Origin: Selenomonadaceae bacterium
GTDB taxonomy: Bacteria > Bacillota > Negativicutes > Selenomonadales > Selenomonadaceae
NCBI GenBank assembly: GCA_016286075.1
Contig: JAEERZ010000001.1
Location: forward strand, 1-32,384
Reading direction: 5' to 3'
DNA length: 32,384 bases
Below are positions 16,815-26,008 of the stretch, in pieces. How positions within the stretch are numbered: the stretch's first letter is position 1; every line of letters starts with the position of its first letter. The notes beneath the pieces were generated by a model that was given only the letters and a program-made list of their open reading frames with translations, did no database searches and was not told where the DNA came from. The translations under genes were made by a program, and so were the position numbers.

Positions 16815-18701
16815 TTATAACAATTTTGATTTAAGAGTTTTATATTTTTTCGTGTAATAGGGACCGTTTTGTGATTCCCGATGATCGAAGCCGAAAGCCC
16901 GGCGGCTGACCGCGAGAACCGGCGGAGCCTGGATTCTCTTCGCGACGGCGAGACCGGAAAATTGGTTCCACCAGCGTTCCAGGTCGTCGATGAAGTCTTT
17001 CGCTGTCGGGAAATATTTCGCGACGAGTCCCGGCGCGCAGCCGAGTTCTTTTTCCAACGTCCCTTCGGCATACCATTCGAGAATATCCTGCGGCGTCGCC
17101 TTTTGCCATCGCTCGACGAAAGACCGGAAGAGGTAATCGTGGTATGGGTAGCGCAGAGGGTCGCCCTGCCCCTTGTCCACATTCTGTTGGTCGGAAAGCT
17201 CGGCGCTCGGCACGATGTCGATGGTTTCCTGCGGAATCACTTCTCGCTTGTAAACGGACTCGTTCAGATAGCGGGCGAGATCGTAGACCTGATATTTCCA
17301 AAGGTCGGCCAGCGCAGAGAGGAATCCGCTCTGGTCGCCGTAAAGCGTCGAATAGCCGACTGTGGTTTCCGCTTTATTTGCGTTGCAGGTGAAGCCTCCG
17401 CCGAAGGCCGCCGCCAATCCTGCAAGGACTCGGGCGGAGCGGTCGCGCGCCTGGATGTTTTCCGCCATGAAGGAGGAAACGGACAGCTGCTCCGTCGTGC
17501 CGTCGAAAAGATTTTCAACCGTGGCGCTTTCAAGTTGCCGGATTGTCAGCTCTACCGAAGGCTGAATCGGAATCGTCGCATAACGGCAGCCGAGATTTTC
17601 GGCGAGCCGCCGGGCGAGTCCTTTTGTCGTCTCCGAGTTGTAGACGCTGGGCATGTTGACAAGCAGAAGATTTTCAGGTGGAAGCACGCGCGCGTAAAGA
17701 GCGGCGGCTACGGCGGAGTCAATGCCGCCGGAGGCGCCGACGACGACGCGCTTCATGCCGATGGATTCGAGGAATAAACGCACGCCGTAGGAAAGCGCTC
17801 GGAAAATGTATGCGGCTTCCGGTTCCTCGGCAATCGTAACGGGCTTCCGTTCGGAGAGCGTTTCAAGGTCGAAAACATATATTGCTTCTTCATAGGGGGC
17901 GCCGGAAAGACGCAGGACGCCCCGTGCGTCGTAAGCGGCGTTCGAGCCGTCGAAGGTGTAGACGGTCTTTCCGTTGTTCTGAACGCCGACGTTGTTTACA
18001 TAGAAGAGCGGCGCGCCGGCTTCGGCGGCGAGGCGAGAAAAAACGCGATGTCGTTTGGCGTTTTTGCCAAGAGTATACGGCGACGAGGAAATGTTGACGA
18101 AAAAGTCCGGGCGATCCTTTTCTCGAAGAATTTTCATCGGTGAAAGCCCGTAGTCGTCGCTCCAGCCGTCCTCGCAAAGCAGACAGCCAAAGGCGTATTC
18201 CCTGTCGTGTACGGAAAGGCGCACGGGAGAAATCAGATTCTCCGTTGCGACGCCGAGCTCTTTCGCCAGCTTTTGCAGGCTGAAGAAATGCCGCGTGTCG
18301 TCAAATTCCCGGTAGTTTGGCATCAGCGTCTTGACGGCGAACGGGTAGGGCATGGCGTCTGGCGCGACGAGACGTCCGTCCTGCGCGGTGAAAAACGCGT
18401 TGTATTTGCGGACGCGTCCGTCGTTGTTCTTTTTTGTCCAATCGACGGCGACGTTGCCGAATATGACCGCGACTTCTTTCGACGCCGCTATAATTTCTCT
18501 GCCGCATTCTTCGCAATCTTCGAGGAACGACGTCTGCTCCCATGTGTCTCCCAAAAGATAGCCGGAAATCGCCATTTCCGGGAACACGACGAGGTCGGCA
18601 TCCTGTTGTTTTGCCTTGGTTATCATCCGGAGCATCGTTTCCGTGTTGCGAGAGGGATGGCCGGGAATGACGCGCATTTGGGCCAGTGCGATTCGAAGCA
18701 T
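16815..18701 (-). CDS. nadE: Glutamine-dependent NAD+ synthetase
   Basis: 628 aa. The N-terminal nitrilase/CN-hydrolase domain carries MLRIALAQM...VVFPEMAISGY...CEDGW. The C-terminal NAD synthetase domain has the PP-loop VVGASGGIDS. Confidence 0.92.
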   Translation of the reverse strand: MLRIALAQMRVIPGHPSRNTETMLRMITKAKQQDADLVVFPEMAISGYLLGDTWEQTSFLEDCEECGREIIAASKEVAVIFGNVAVDWTKKNNDGRVRKYNAFFTAQDGRLVAPDAMPYPFAVKTLMPNYREFDDTRHFFSLQKLAKELGVATENLISPVRLSVHDREYAFGCLLCEDGWSDDYGLSPMKILREKDRPDFFVNISSSPYTLGKNAKRHRVFSRLAAEAGAPLFYVNNVGVQNNGKTVYTFDGSNAAYDARGVLRLSGAPYEEAIYVFDLETLSERKPVTIAEEPEAAYIFRALSYGVRLFLESIGMKRVVVGASGGIDSAVAAALYARVLPPENLLLVNMPSVYNSETTKGLARRLAENLGCRYATIPIQPSVELTIRQLESATVENLFDGTTEQLSVSSFMAENIQARDRSARVLAGLAAAFGGGFTCNANKAETTVGYSTLYGDQSGFLSALADLWKYQVYDLARYLNESVYKREVIPQETIDIVPSAELSDQQNVDKGQGDPLRYPYHDYLFRSFVERWQKATPQDILEWYAEGTLEKELGCAPGLVAKYFPTAKDFIDDLERWWNQFSGLAVAKRIQAPPVLAVSRRAFGFDHRESQNGPYYTKKYKTLKSKLL

Positions 18702-18715
18702 GGCAAAGCCCTTCT

Positions 18716-18744
18716 TTCATAAGATTGTGGTTTTGTGATATAAT
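18716..18744 (+). promoter_or_regulatory. Putative sigma-A promoter for ybaK, divergent from nadE
   Basis: TTCATA (18716-18721), a 17-nt spacer, then TATAAT (18739-18744) with TGa immediately upstream. Confidence 0.5.
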
Positions 18745-18782
18745 ACAATATTGTGAAGCAACAAAAGAAATGAGTGCGTAGT

Positions 18783-19277
18783 ATGGCGAAAAAGAAAAGC
18801 GGCGCGAAAACCAACGCGGCGCGTATTCTCGACGGGCTTGGCATAGCCTATGAGTTGAAGGAATATCCCGTCGATCCGAATGACCTTGGCGCGGTGCATG
18901 TTGCCGAAATGGTCGGTATGCCTGTCGAGCAGGTTTTCAAGACGTTGGTTGCGCGCGGAGACAAGACCGGCGTGCTGATGGCGTGCATACCTGGCGACGG
19001 CGAGTTGGACCTGAAAGAGCTCGCGGCGGTCTCCGGCAACAAGCGCGTCGAAATGGTGCATCTGAACGAGGTGCTGGGATTGACCGGTTATGTGCGCGGC
19101 GGATGTTCTCCATTGGGCGCGAAAAAAACCTATCCCGTTTATCTCGACGTCAGCGCGGAAAAACAATCGACGATCTCGATCAGCGCGGGAAAACGCGGCG
19201 AACAGATCGTACTCGCGCCCGCCGACCTGATTCGCGCGGCGAACGCGACGGTGGCAAAATTGAATCGCCATACGTAG
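18783..19277 (+). CDS. ybaK: Cys-tRNA(Pro)/Cys-tRNA(Cys) deacylase YbaK
   Basis: 164 aa containing TNAARILD, FKTLV and GYVRGGCSPLG, resembling YbaK trans-editing proteins. The ATG is at 18783. Confidence 0.85.
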   Translation: MAKKKSGAKTNAARILDGLGIAYELKEYPVDPNDLGAVHVAEMVGMPVEQVFKTLVARGDKTGVLMACIPGDGELDLKELAAVSGNKRVEMVHLNEVLGLTGYVRGGCSPLGAKKTYPVYLDVSAEKQSTISISAGKRGEQIVLAPADLIRAANATVAKLNRHT

Positions 19278-19352
19278 TTTATTGTAACATATTCTGGACG
19301 GAACGAAAAACAATCATTTGATATATAAAGGAAGAGGGAAAGGAAGATGGGA

Positions 19353-20837
19353 ATGAAGTATGTGAGCACGCGGGGGAAGGCCGCGACAGTCGATTCGGCG
19401 CAGGCGATCCTGCAAGGAATCGCGGAGGACGGAGGGCTTTTCGTGCCGACGGAGATTCCGAAGGCTGACGCGAACTTCTTGCAGGAGCTGGTTGGGCTTT
19501 CTTACGCGGAACGGGCGAAAAAAATCCTCGGGCTGTTCCTGACCGACTATACGGACGAGGAGATTGCCCGGTCTATCGAGGGCGCTTACGGCGGAGGAAA
19601 ATTTGACGACGCGGCGGTAGCCCCGGTCAAAAGCGTTGGGGACGTGTCGGTGCTGGAGCTTTGGCACGGCCCGACCAGTGCGTTCAAGGACATGGCGCTC
19701 CAGCTTTTGCCCCGCCTTCTGTCGGAAGCGCTGAAAAAGACGGGGGAGACGAAAGAGACGCTGATTCTCGTCGCGACTTCCGGCGACACGGGGAAAGCGG
19801 CGCTGGCCGGTTTCGCTGACGTGCCGCAGACGAAGATCATGGTCTTTTATCCCGACGGCGGCGTCAGCGATATGCAGCGCCTGCAGATGGTCACGCAGGA
19901 GGGCGGGAACGTCTGCGTCGAGGCGGTCAAGGGAAACTTTGACGACGCGCAGACGGGCGTCAAGGAAATCTTCGGCGACGAGGCCTTTGCCGCGAAGCTC
20001 GACGGGGCGGGCGTTCGTCTTTCCTCGGCGAACTCGATCAACTGGGGACGGCTCGTACCGCAGATCGTTTATTATTTCAGCGCCTATGCCGATCTCGTGA
20101 AGGCCGGGACAATCAAGAACGGCGACCCGATCAATTTCACGGTGCCGACGGGCAACTTTGGAAACATCCTCGCGGGCTTTTACGCGCGCCAGATGGGGCT
20201 TCCGGTCGGGAAGCTCGTTTGCGCGTCGAACCAGAACAACGTGCTGACGGATTTCCTGCAGACGGGTTATTATGACAAGAACCGCGACTTCTTCAGGACG
20301 ATCTCGCCGTCTATGGACATTCTCGTATCGAGCAACGTCGAGAGGATGCTCTACCACATGACCGGCGACCCCAGCGGCGTAAGGGGCTGGATGGAGGCGC
20401 TTGCGACGGAAGGTCGTTACGACGCCGGCGTCGGCATGATCCAGCGGTTCCAGAATTATTTCTGGGCGGGTTGGGCCGACGACGCCAAGACGAAGGAGAC
20501 GATTCGCGAGGTGTTCGAAGCCGAGCGTTATGTTCTCGACACCCATACGGCGGTGGCTTGGAAAGTCGCGCATGAGTATCGGCAGCGCACTCACGACGAG
20601 CGGCCGATGGTGGTCGTATCCACCGCGAGTCCGTATAAATTCAGCGGCAGCGTGCTCGAAGCGCTGGGCGAGGACGCGTCGGGCGACCCGTTCGCATTAC
20701 TCGACAGGCTCGAGAAAAAGAGCGGCACCGCCGCGCCGAAAGGGCTGGCCTCGTTGAAGGGAGCAAAGGCGCTCCACGAGGGAAGCTGCGAAAAAGACAA
20801 GATGAGGGATGCAGTACTCGCGTTCGCGGAAAAATAA
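19353..20837 (+). CDS. thrC: Threonine synthase (long form)
   Basis: It has the MKYVSTRG N-terminus, a PLP-lysine region PTSAFKDMALQ, and ATSGDTGKA. The ATG at 19353 has AGGAAG 6 nt upstream. ATG 19347 (the track start) is an equally possible alternative. Confidence 0.9.
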   Translation: MKYVSTRGKAATVDSAQAILQGIAEDGGLFVPTEIPKADANFLQELVGLSYAERAKKILGLFLTDYTDEEIARSIEGAYGGGKFDDAAVAPVKSVGDVSVLELWHGPTSAFKDMALQLLPRLLSEALKKTGETKETLILVATSGDTGKAALAGFADVPQTKIMVFYPDGGVSDMQRLQMVTQEGGNVCVEAVKGNFDDAQTGVKEIFGDEAFAAKLDGAGVRLSSANSINWGRLVPQIVYYFSAYADLVKAGTIKNGDPINFTVPTGNFGNILAGFYARQMGLPVGKLVCASNQNNVLTDFLQTGYYDKNRDFFRTISPSMDILVSSNVERMLYHMTGDPSGVRGWMEALATEGRYDAGVGMIQRFQNYFWAGWADDAKTKETIREVFEAERYVLDTHTAVAWKVAHEYRQRTHDERPMVVVSTASPYKFSGSVLEALGEDASGDPFALLDRLEKKSGTAAPKGLASLKGAKALHEGSCEKDKMRDAVLAFAEK

Positions 20838-20951
20838 AAGTTGGTTTTCTTTAGATTGTTGGCAGGATTTTTCCTTTCGGTATAGAAAGATAATAATGTT
20901 AAGAGTGTTCCCTTCGGGGCGTTGAATTTATAAAAAGGAGAGGTAAAAAGC

Positions 20952-22556
20952 ATGGCTGACATTGATTTGAAACAGTACGGCATCACTGGAGCAACGGAGG
21001 TCGTACACAATCCTTCCTATGAATATCTGTTCGACGAGGAAATGAAGCCGGAGCTGACGGGTTACGACAAAGGGCAGCTCACGGAACTCGACGCGGTCAA
21101 CGTCATGACGGGCGAATTCACGGGTCGTTCGCCGAAGGACAAGTTCCTGGTGGTGGACGAGAACTCCAAGGATACGGTCTGGTGGACTTCCGAGGCTTAT
21201 CCGAACGACAACCACCCCGCCACGAAGGAGACGTGGGAGGCGGTCAAGAAGCTGGCGCAGGAGGAGCTTTCCAATAAGAAGCTTTATGTGGTCGACGCAT
21301 TCTGCGGCGCGAACAAGGACACGCGTATGGCGGTTCGCTTCATTATGGAAGTGGCATGGCAGGCGCATTTCATTCGTAATATGTTCATCAAGCCGACGGA
21401 CGAGGAACTGAAGAATTTCAAGCCCGACTTCGTGGTCTATAACGCGTCGAAAGCGAAGGTCAAGAATTTCAAGGAGTTGGGGCTGAACTCGGAGACGGCT
21501 GTGGTGTTCAACATCACGAGCCGCGAGCAGGTCATCATCAATACATGGTACGGCGGCGAGATGAAGAAGGGCATGTTCTCGATGATGAACTATTATCTGC
21601 CGCTGAAGGGCATCGCCGCCATGCATTGCTCGGCGAATACCGATATGAAAGGCGAGAACACGGCGATTTTCTTCGGCCTGTCCGGCACGGGCAAGACGAC
21701 GCTGTCCACCGACCCGAAGCGCCTCCTGATCGGCGACGATGAGCACGGCTGGGACGACAAAGGCGTGTTCAATTTCGAGGGCGGTTGCTACGCGAAGGTC
21801 ATCAACCTTGACAAGGATTCGGAGCCGGACATTTACAACGCCATCAAGCGCAACGCGCTTCTTGAGAACGTCACGGTCGATAAGAACGGCAAGATCGATT
21901 TCGGTGACAAGAGCGTGACGGAGAACACCCGTGTTTCCTATCCGATCGACCATATCAAGAACATCGTGAAGCCGATTTCCGCCGCTCCCGCAGCGAAGAG
22001 CGTGATCTTCCTGTCGGCGGACGCTTTCGGCGTGCTGCCGCCGGTCTCGATCCTGACGCCGGAGCAGACAAAGTACTACTTCCTGTCGGGCTTCACCGCG
22101 AAGCTGGCTGGCACCGAGCGCGGCATTACCGAGCCGACGCCGACTTTCTCGGCGTGCTTCGGGCAGGCGTTCCTCGAACTGCATCCGACGAAATACGGGC
22201 AGGAACTGGTGAAGAAGATGGAAAAGAGCGGCGCGAAGGCGTATCTCGTCAACACGGGATGGAACGGCTCCGGCAAGCGTATTTCCATTAAAGACACCCG
22301 CGGCATCATCGACGCGATTCTCGGCGGCGCGATCAAGACGGCTCCGACGAAGAAAATCCCGATGTTCAATCTCGAGGTGCCGACGGAGCTGACCGGCGTC
22401 GACCCGAAGATTCTCGATCCGCGCGACACCTATAAGGACGTCTCCGAGTGGGAGAAGAAGGCGAAGGATCTCGCCCAGCGTTTCATCAAGAATTTCAAGA
22501 AGTACGAGACGAACGACGAGGGCAAGGCGCTGGTCGCAGCGGGCCCGCAGCTTTGA
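20952..22556 (+). CDS. pckA: Phosphoenolpyruvate carboxykinase (ATP)
   Basis: 534 aa containing TGRSPKDKF, the kinase-1a P-loop [19 protein letters not shown], and [14 protein letters not shown]. An AAGGAGAGG RBS is present. Confidence 0.95.
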   Translation: MADIDLKQYGITGATEVVHNPSYEYLFDEEMKPELTGYDKGQLTELDAVNVMTGEFTGRSPKDKFLVVDENSKDTVWWTSEAYPNDNHPATKETWEAVKKLAQEELSNKKLYVVDAFCGANKDTRMAVRFIMEVAWQAHFIRNMFIKPTDEELKNFKPDFVVYNASKAKVKNFKELGLNSETAVVFNITSREQVIINTWYGGEMKKGMFSMMNYYLPLKGIAAMHCSANTDMKGENTAIFFGLSGTGKTTLSTDPKRLLIGDDEHGWDDKGVFNFEGGCYAKVINLDKDSEPDIYNAIKRNALLENVTVDKNGKIDFGDKSVTENTRVSYPIDHIKNIVKPISAAPAAKSVIFLSADAFGVLPPVSILTPEQTKYYFLSGFTAKLAGTERGITEPTPTFSACFGQAFLELHPTKYGQELVKKMEKSGAKAYLVNTGWNGSGKRISIKDTRGIIDAILGGAIKTAPTKKIPMFNLEVPTELTGVDPKILDPRDTYKDVSEWEKKAKDLAQRFIKNFKKYETNDEGKALVAAGPQL

Positions 22557-22573
22557 TGAATTGAGGATAATCT

Positions 22574-22607
22574 AAGAAAAGACAGGCGTTTGCGCCTGTC
22601 TTTTCTT
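22574..22607 (+). terminator. Rho-independent terminator after pckA
   Basis: A perfect 15-bp stem forms between AAGAAAAGACAGGCG (22574-22588) and CGCCTGTCTTTTCTT (22593-22607) with a TTTG loop. The 3' arm is T-rich. Confidence 0.85.
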
Positions 22608-22697
22608 ATGGTGGAATTTATAGCCAGTCTGTGATAAAATATTATCTGTATGTGCATCTTTCTTTGTTTTTATATGACGAGACGGAGGGGATACAGA

Positions 22698-23483
22698 TTG
22701 CGAATCGGTAAGGGCATGAAAGTTTTTTGCGCGTTGCTTTTGACAGGCGCGTGCGTTTTTCCATTTTCGGGAAAGGCGGCCGCGGGAAAAAGGCTTCACG
22801 ACCAGATAACGAACGGGAATACGGTGCAGACGCATAGCGAACGCTTGGTGAAGGGAGAATCGGGCGGCATCAAAGCGCGAATTGAGGCTCTTTTGCATCC
22901 GAAAGCGGAGCAGCCGAACCATCATCATGAGAAAGTAGATTACAAGATTGTGCCCGTCGACCTTGACAACGAAGATATTCTTGGCGGGCCGATGGCGACA
23001 GAAGCGCAATGCGTCAATTATCTTTTGAAGATCAACCCCGAGCCGAATATTTCGGTGACGCCCGAGGAACTTGTTTCCTATTATTATGAGGAAGCGACCC
23101 GGGAGGGGGTTCGCCCCGACGTGGCTTTTGCCCAGGCGCTCCACGAGACGGGGAATTTCAGCTATGGCGGCACGGTGACGCCGGACCAGAACAACTACTG
23201 CGGGCTGGGGACGACGAGCGATTATGTGCAGGGAGGCTATTTCCCGTCGGCGCAGATCGGCGTACGGGCGCATATCCAGCACCTTTTGGCTTATGCGACG
23301 ACGCGGACGCCGTCGGAGGAAATCGTCGATCCTCGATATTCGATGGTGCGCGATATATACGGCAGCATGACGCTTCCTCATTGGGTTGACCTGAACGGCC
23401 GCTGGGCGGTGCCGGGAACCACTTACGGGCAGCGCATCATGAACATCTTTCAGCAGATATTGCAGGAGCCGTTGAAAGGCTGA
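22698..23483 (+). CDS. Secreted cell-wall hydrolase with a glucosaminidase (GH73 / LytD-FlgJ-like) domain
   Basis: The signal peptide is MKVFCALLLTGACVFPFSGKAAAG. The C-terminal domain contains AFAQALHETGNFSYGG...NNYCGLG. The start is either TTG 22698 (GGAGGGG RBS 7 nt upstream) or ATG 22716. The family call is from motif memory only. Confidence 0.65.
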   Translation: MRIGKGMKVFCALLLTGACVFPFSGKAAAGKRLHDQITNGNTVQTHSERLVKGESGGIKARIEALLHPKAEQPNHHHEKVDYKIVPVDLDNEDILGGPMATEAQCVNYLLKINPEPNISVTPEELVSYYYEEATREGVRPDVAFAQALHETGNFSYGGTVTPDQNNYCGLGTTSDYVQGGYFPSAQIGVRAHIQHLLAYATTRTPSEEIVDPRYSMVRDIYGSMTLPHWVDLNGRWAVPGTTYGQRIMNIFQQILQEPLKG

Positions 23484-23497
23484 ACCGAGGCGTTTGT

Positions 23498-25108
23498 ATG
23501 CTGGATAGCCTGATGAAACAACCGAATAAAGAGCAGCAGGGGACGCTTCCGGCGAGGCGGTTCCGCGAGATGATACACGTTCTCCGAAAACGGGAACTGA
23601 TGCGGGGCGTTACGCCGGAAAAGATTCGGCAGATTTTGGAGGATTTGGGGCCGACTTTTGTGAAGTTGGGCCAGATCATGAGCATGCGTCCCGATTTTTT
23701 GCCGCAGGAATATTGCGACGCCTTGACGACTCTGCAGGCGGACGTCAGGCCGATGCCCTTCGAGGCTGTGATTTCCGTCTTGGAACGGGAATATAAAGGG
23801 CCGTGGCAAAAGTTTTTTTCCACGATCTCCAAAGAAGTTTTGGGCTCGGCGTCTATCGCCCAAGTACATCGCGCCGTTTTGACGACGGGCGAGGACGTGG
23901 TCATAAAAGTTCAGCGTCCCGACATTTACGACGTGATGGAGCAGGACATTGTCCTTTTGAAGCGTGCGGCGGCTCTGATGCAGGTTGTCGGCGCGGAACG
24001 AGGCGCCCTCGACGTCTCGACGATCCTTGACGAGATGTGGAAGATTGCCAAGCAGGAAATGGATTTTCTGATGGAAGCCGACCACATCGGCGAATTCCGC
24101 GATTTAAACGCGGGCGAGGAATATGTGGAATGTCCGAAGGTTTATCATCATCTGACCACGTCGCGGGTTCTCGTGATGGAGTATGTGGACGGGATACGAT
24201 TCGACGACTCGAAAACGCTTCGCGAAAAGGGTTTCGATATGAACCAGCTGGGGCGGCGTTTGGGAGAAAATTACGTCAAGCAGATTATCGAGGACGGTTA
24301 TTTTCATGCTGATCCGCATCCCGGCAATATCCGGGTGCGCGACGGCAAAATCGTCTGGCTTGATCTCGGCATGATGGGCAGGATTTCCAACAGCGACCGT
24401 CGGGCAATCCGAAAGGCCCTTTTTTCGCTGGCGAATCATGACACGCTGGATATGAAGGCCGCCGTTTTGGCGCTGGGGCTGCCTCGCGGGCGGGTCGATC
24501 ATACGCGATTGTATGAAGATATCGACGCGATGATGACGACGTACGGCGATCTTGATTTCGGCTCGTTGCGGATGGGCGTGCTGACGCGGCAGATTATGAA
24601 CGTGCTTCGCACGCATCATATCGGAATCCGGCCGGGTCTTAGTATGTTTGCCCGCGGCGTTTTGACTATAGAAGGCGTCATGCGGCAGTATTGCCCCGGC
24701 GTCAGTTTTGTGGAGATATTTACGCGGAGCATTCAGCTCAATATGCAGAAGGATTTCAACTGGCGCATGGAGTTGGACCGTCTGAAACAGGAAGGCTACG
24801 TTTTTTTCAAAAAGACCATGCGCCTGCCGGAGCAGCTTTCCGATATCCTGCAAATGACGATGCGCGGACAGACGAAGGTCAATCTCGACCTGACGGGGTC
24901 CGAGGAGCCTCTTCAGCGTATCGACGGCATGATGAACAAGCTGATTCTCGGCATGATCAGTTCGGCGTTGCTTTTGGGCTCCAGCGTTATCTGCACGACG
25001 CAGATGACGCCGAAGATTATGGAAATACCGCTTTTGGGCGTTTTTGGGTATTTGGCGGCGCTCGTTCTCTGCGGATGGCTGCTTTGGAATATTTTGCGAA
25101 AGTCGTAA
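23498..25108 (+). CDS. ABC1/UbiB (AarF) family atypical protein kinase with two C-terminal TM helices
   Basis: 536 aa containing LGPTFVKLGQIMSMRPD, LGSASIAQVHRA, FHADPHPGNI and LDLGMMG, which are ABC1-family motifs. The hydrophobic C-terminal segments are LILGMISSALLLGSSVI and LLGVFGYLAALVLCGWLLW. Confidence 0.85.
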   Translation: MLDSLMKQPNKEQQGTLPARRFREMIHVLRKRELMRGVTPEKIRQILEDLGPTFVKLGQIMSMRPDFLPQEYCDALTTLQADVRPMPFEAVISVLEREYKGPWQKFFSTISKEVLGSASIAQVHRAVLTTGEDVVIKVQRPDIYDVMEQDIVLLKRAAALMQVVGAERGALDVSTILDEMWKIAKQEMDFLMEADHIGEFRDLNAGEEYVECPKVYHHLTTSRVLVMEYVDGIRFDDSKTLREKGFDMNQLGRRLGENYVKQIIEDGYFHADPHPGNIRVRDGKIVWLDLGMMGRISNSDRRAIRKALFSLANHDTLDMKAAVLALGLPRGRVDHTRLYEDIDAMMTTYGDLDFGSLRMGVLTRQIMNVLRTHHIGIRPGLSMFARGVLTIEGVMRQYCPGVSFVEIFTRSIQLNMQKDFNWRMELDRLKQEGYVFFKKTMRLPEQLSDILQMTMRGQTKVNLDLTGSEEPLQRIDGMMNKLILGMISSALLLGSSVICTTQMTPKIMEIPLLGVFGYLAALVLCGWLLWNILRKS

Positions 25109-25138
25109 TAACGGTACAATTAAAGGGAGGGCTTCTCT

Positions 25139-25525
25139 ATGCGGGGAATCCGCGGAGCAATAACGATCAAGAACGACACCGAGTCCGAGATTGTCGCGGC
25201 GGTGCGCTGGATGGTGACGGAGATGATCCGTCACAACGGTGTGAAGCCGGAGGACGTCGGCGCGGTGATTTTCAGCGCGACGGAAGATATCACGGCGGCG
25301 TTTCCTGCCGCCGGGGCGCGGCAGATTCCTGGCTTCGACTCGGTGCCGCTTTTCGACACGCGGCAGATGGCGGTTGAGGAGAGCTTGCCGCTTTGCATTC
25401 GCGCGTTGGTGCTTGCTGATACGGACAAGCCTCAGAAAGCAATTCGTCACGTCTATCTCGGCGAGGCGGCGCTTCTCAGGCAGGATCTTGTCATGAAGAA
25501 ACCGGACGATCCGGAAGAAGAATGA
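25139..25525 (+). CDS. aroH: Chorismate mutase, AroH class
   Basis: MRGIRGAITIKNDTESEI...KPEDVGAVIFSATEDITAAFPA...IRHVYLGEAALLRQDL parallels B. subtilis AroH as I recall it (IRGIRGATTVERDTEEEI...IRHVYLEKVVVLRPDL). Confidence 0.85.
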   Translation: MRGIRGAITIKNDTESEIVAAVRWMVTEMIRHNGVKPEDVGAVIFSATEDITAAFPAAGARQIPGFDSVPLFDTRQMAVEESLPLCIRALVLADTDKPQKAIRHVYLGEAALLRQDLVMKKPDDPEEE

Positions 25526-25552
25526 AATAAAATAAGGAAGGAAGTTTTACCA

Positions 25553-25930
25553 ATGAAAAAAGTCATTTCCACGGCGAAGGCGCCGCAGGCTATAGGCCCA
25601 TATTCGCAGGCCATCGAGGCGGGCGATTTTATTTTTGTCTCGGGGCAGATTCCGCTGATTCCGGCTACAGGGGAGCTTGTGGAAGGAAGCGTTGAGGTGC
25701 AGACGGCGCGCGTGCTGGAAAACCTCAAAGCGATTCTCGAAGCGGCGGGTTCGTCGCTGGAAAGCGTCGTCAAGACGACGGTATATATCACGAACATGGA
25801 CGACTTTGCGAAAGTCAACGGCATTTACGGTCAGTATTTCCAAGAAAATCCGCCGGCGCGGGTCTGCGTCGAGGTCAGCAAGCTGCCAAAGGGCGCGCTG
25901 GTCGAGATTGACGTGATCGCGGCGCGATAA
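25553..25930 (+). CDS. ridA: RidA/YjgF-family reactive enamine/imine deaminase
   Basis: 125 aa containing [35 protein letters not shown] and [20 protein letters not shown], a canonical RidA sequence. Confidence 0.9.
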   Translation: MKKVISTAKAPQAIGPYSQAIEAGDFIFVSGQIPLIPATGELVEGSVEVQTARVLENLKAILEAAGSSLESVVKTTVYITNMDDFAKVNGIYGQYFQENPPARVCVEVSKLPKGALVEIDVIAAR

Positions 25931-26008
25931 AGATTATTGTATGGATTAAAATTGTTATGGAAGCAAGGATCTTGTTCAGTGCTTCCTATATAGAAGGGCG
26001 ATGAAGGA

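Noticed and set aside
19314-22184. 426-aa and 418-aa minus-strand ORFs (19314-20594 and 20928-22184).
   Set aside because: They are antisense to thrC and pckA respectively. Composition is low-complexity and R/H/L/V-rich. The forward-strand genes have full-length canonical motifs.
24104-25450. A 448-aa minus-strand ORF.
   Set aside because: It is antisense to the ABC1 kinase and aroH and crosses their intergenic gap. It is Arg/His-rich with no motifs, so it is a shadow ORF.
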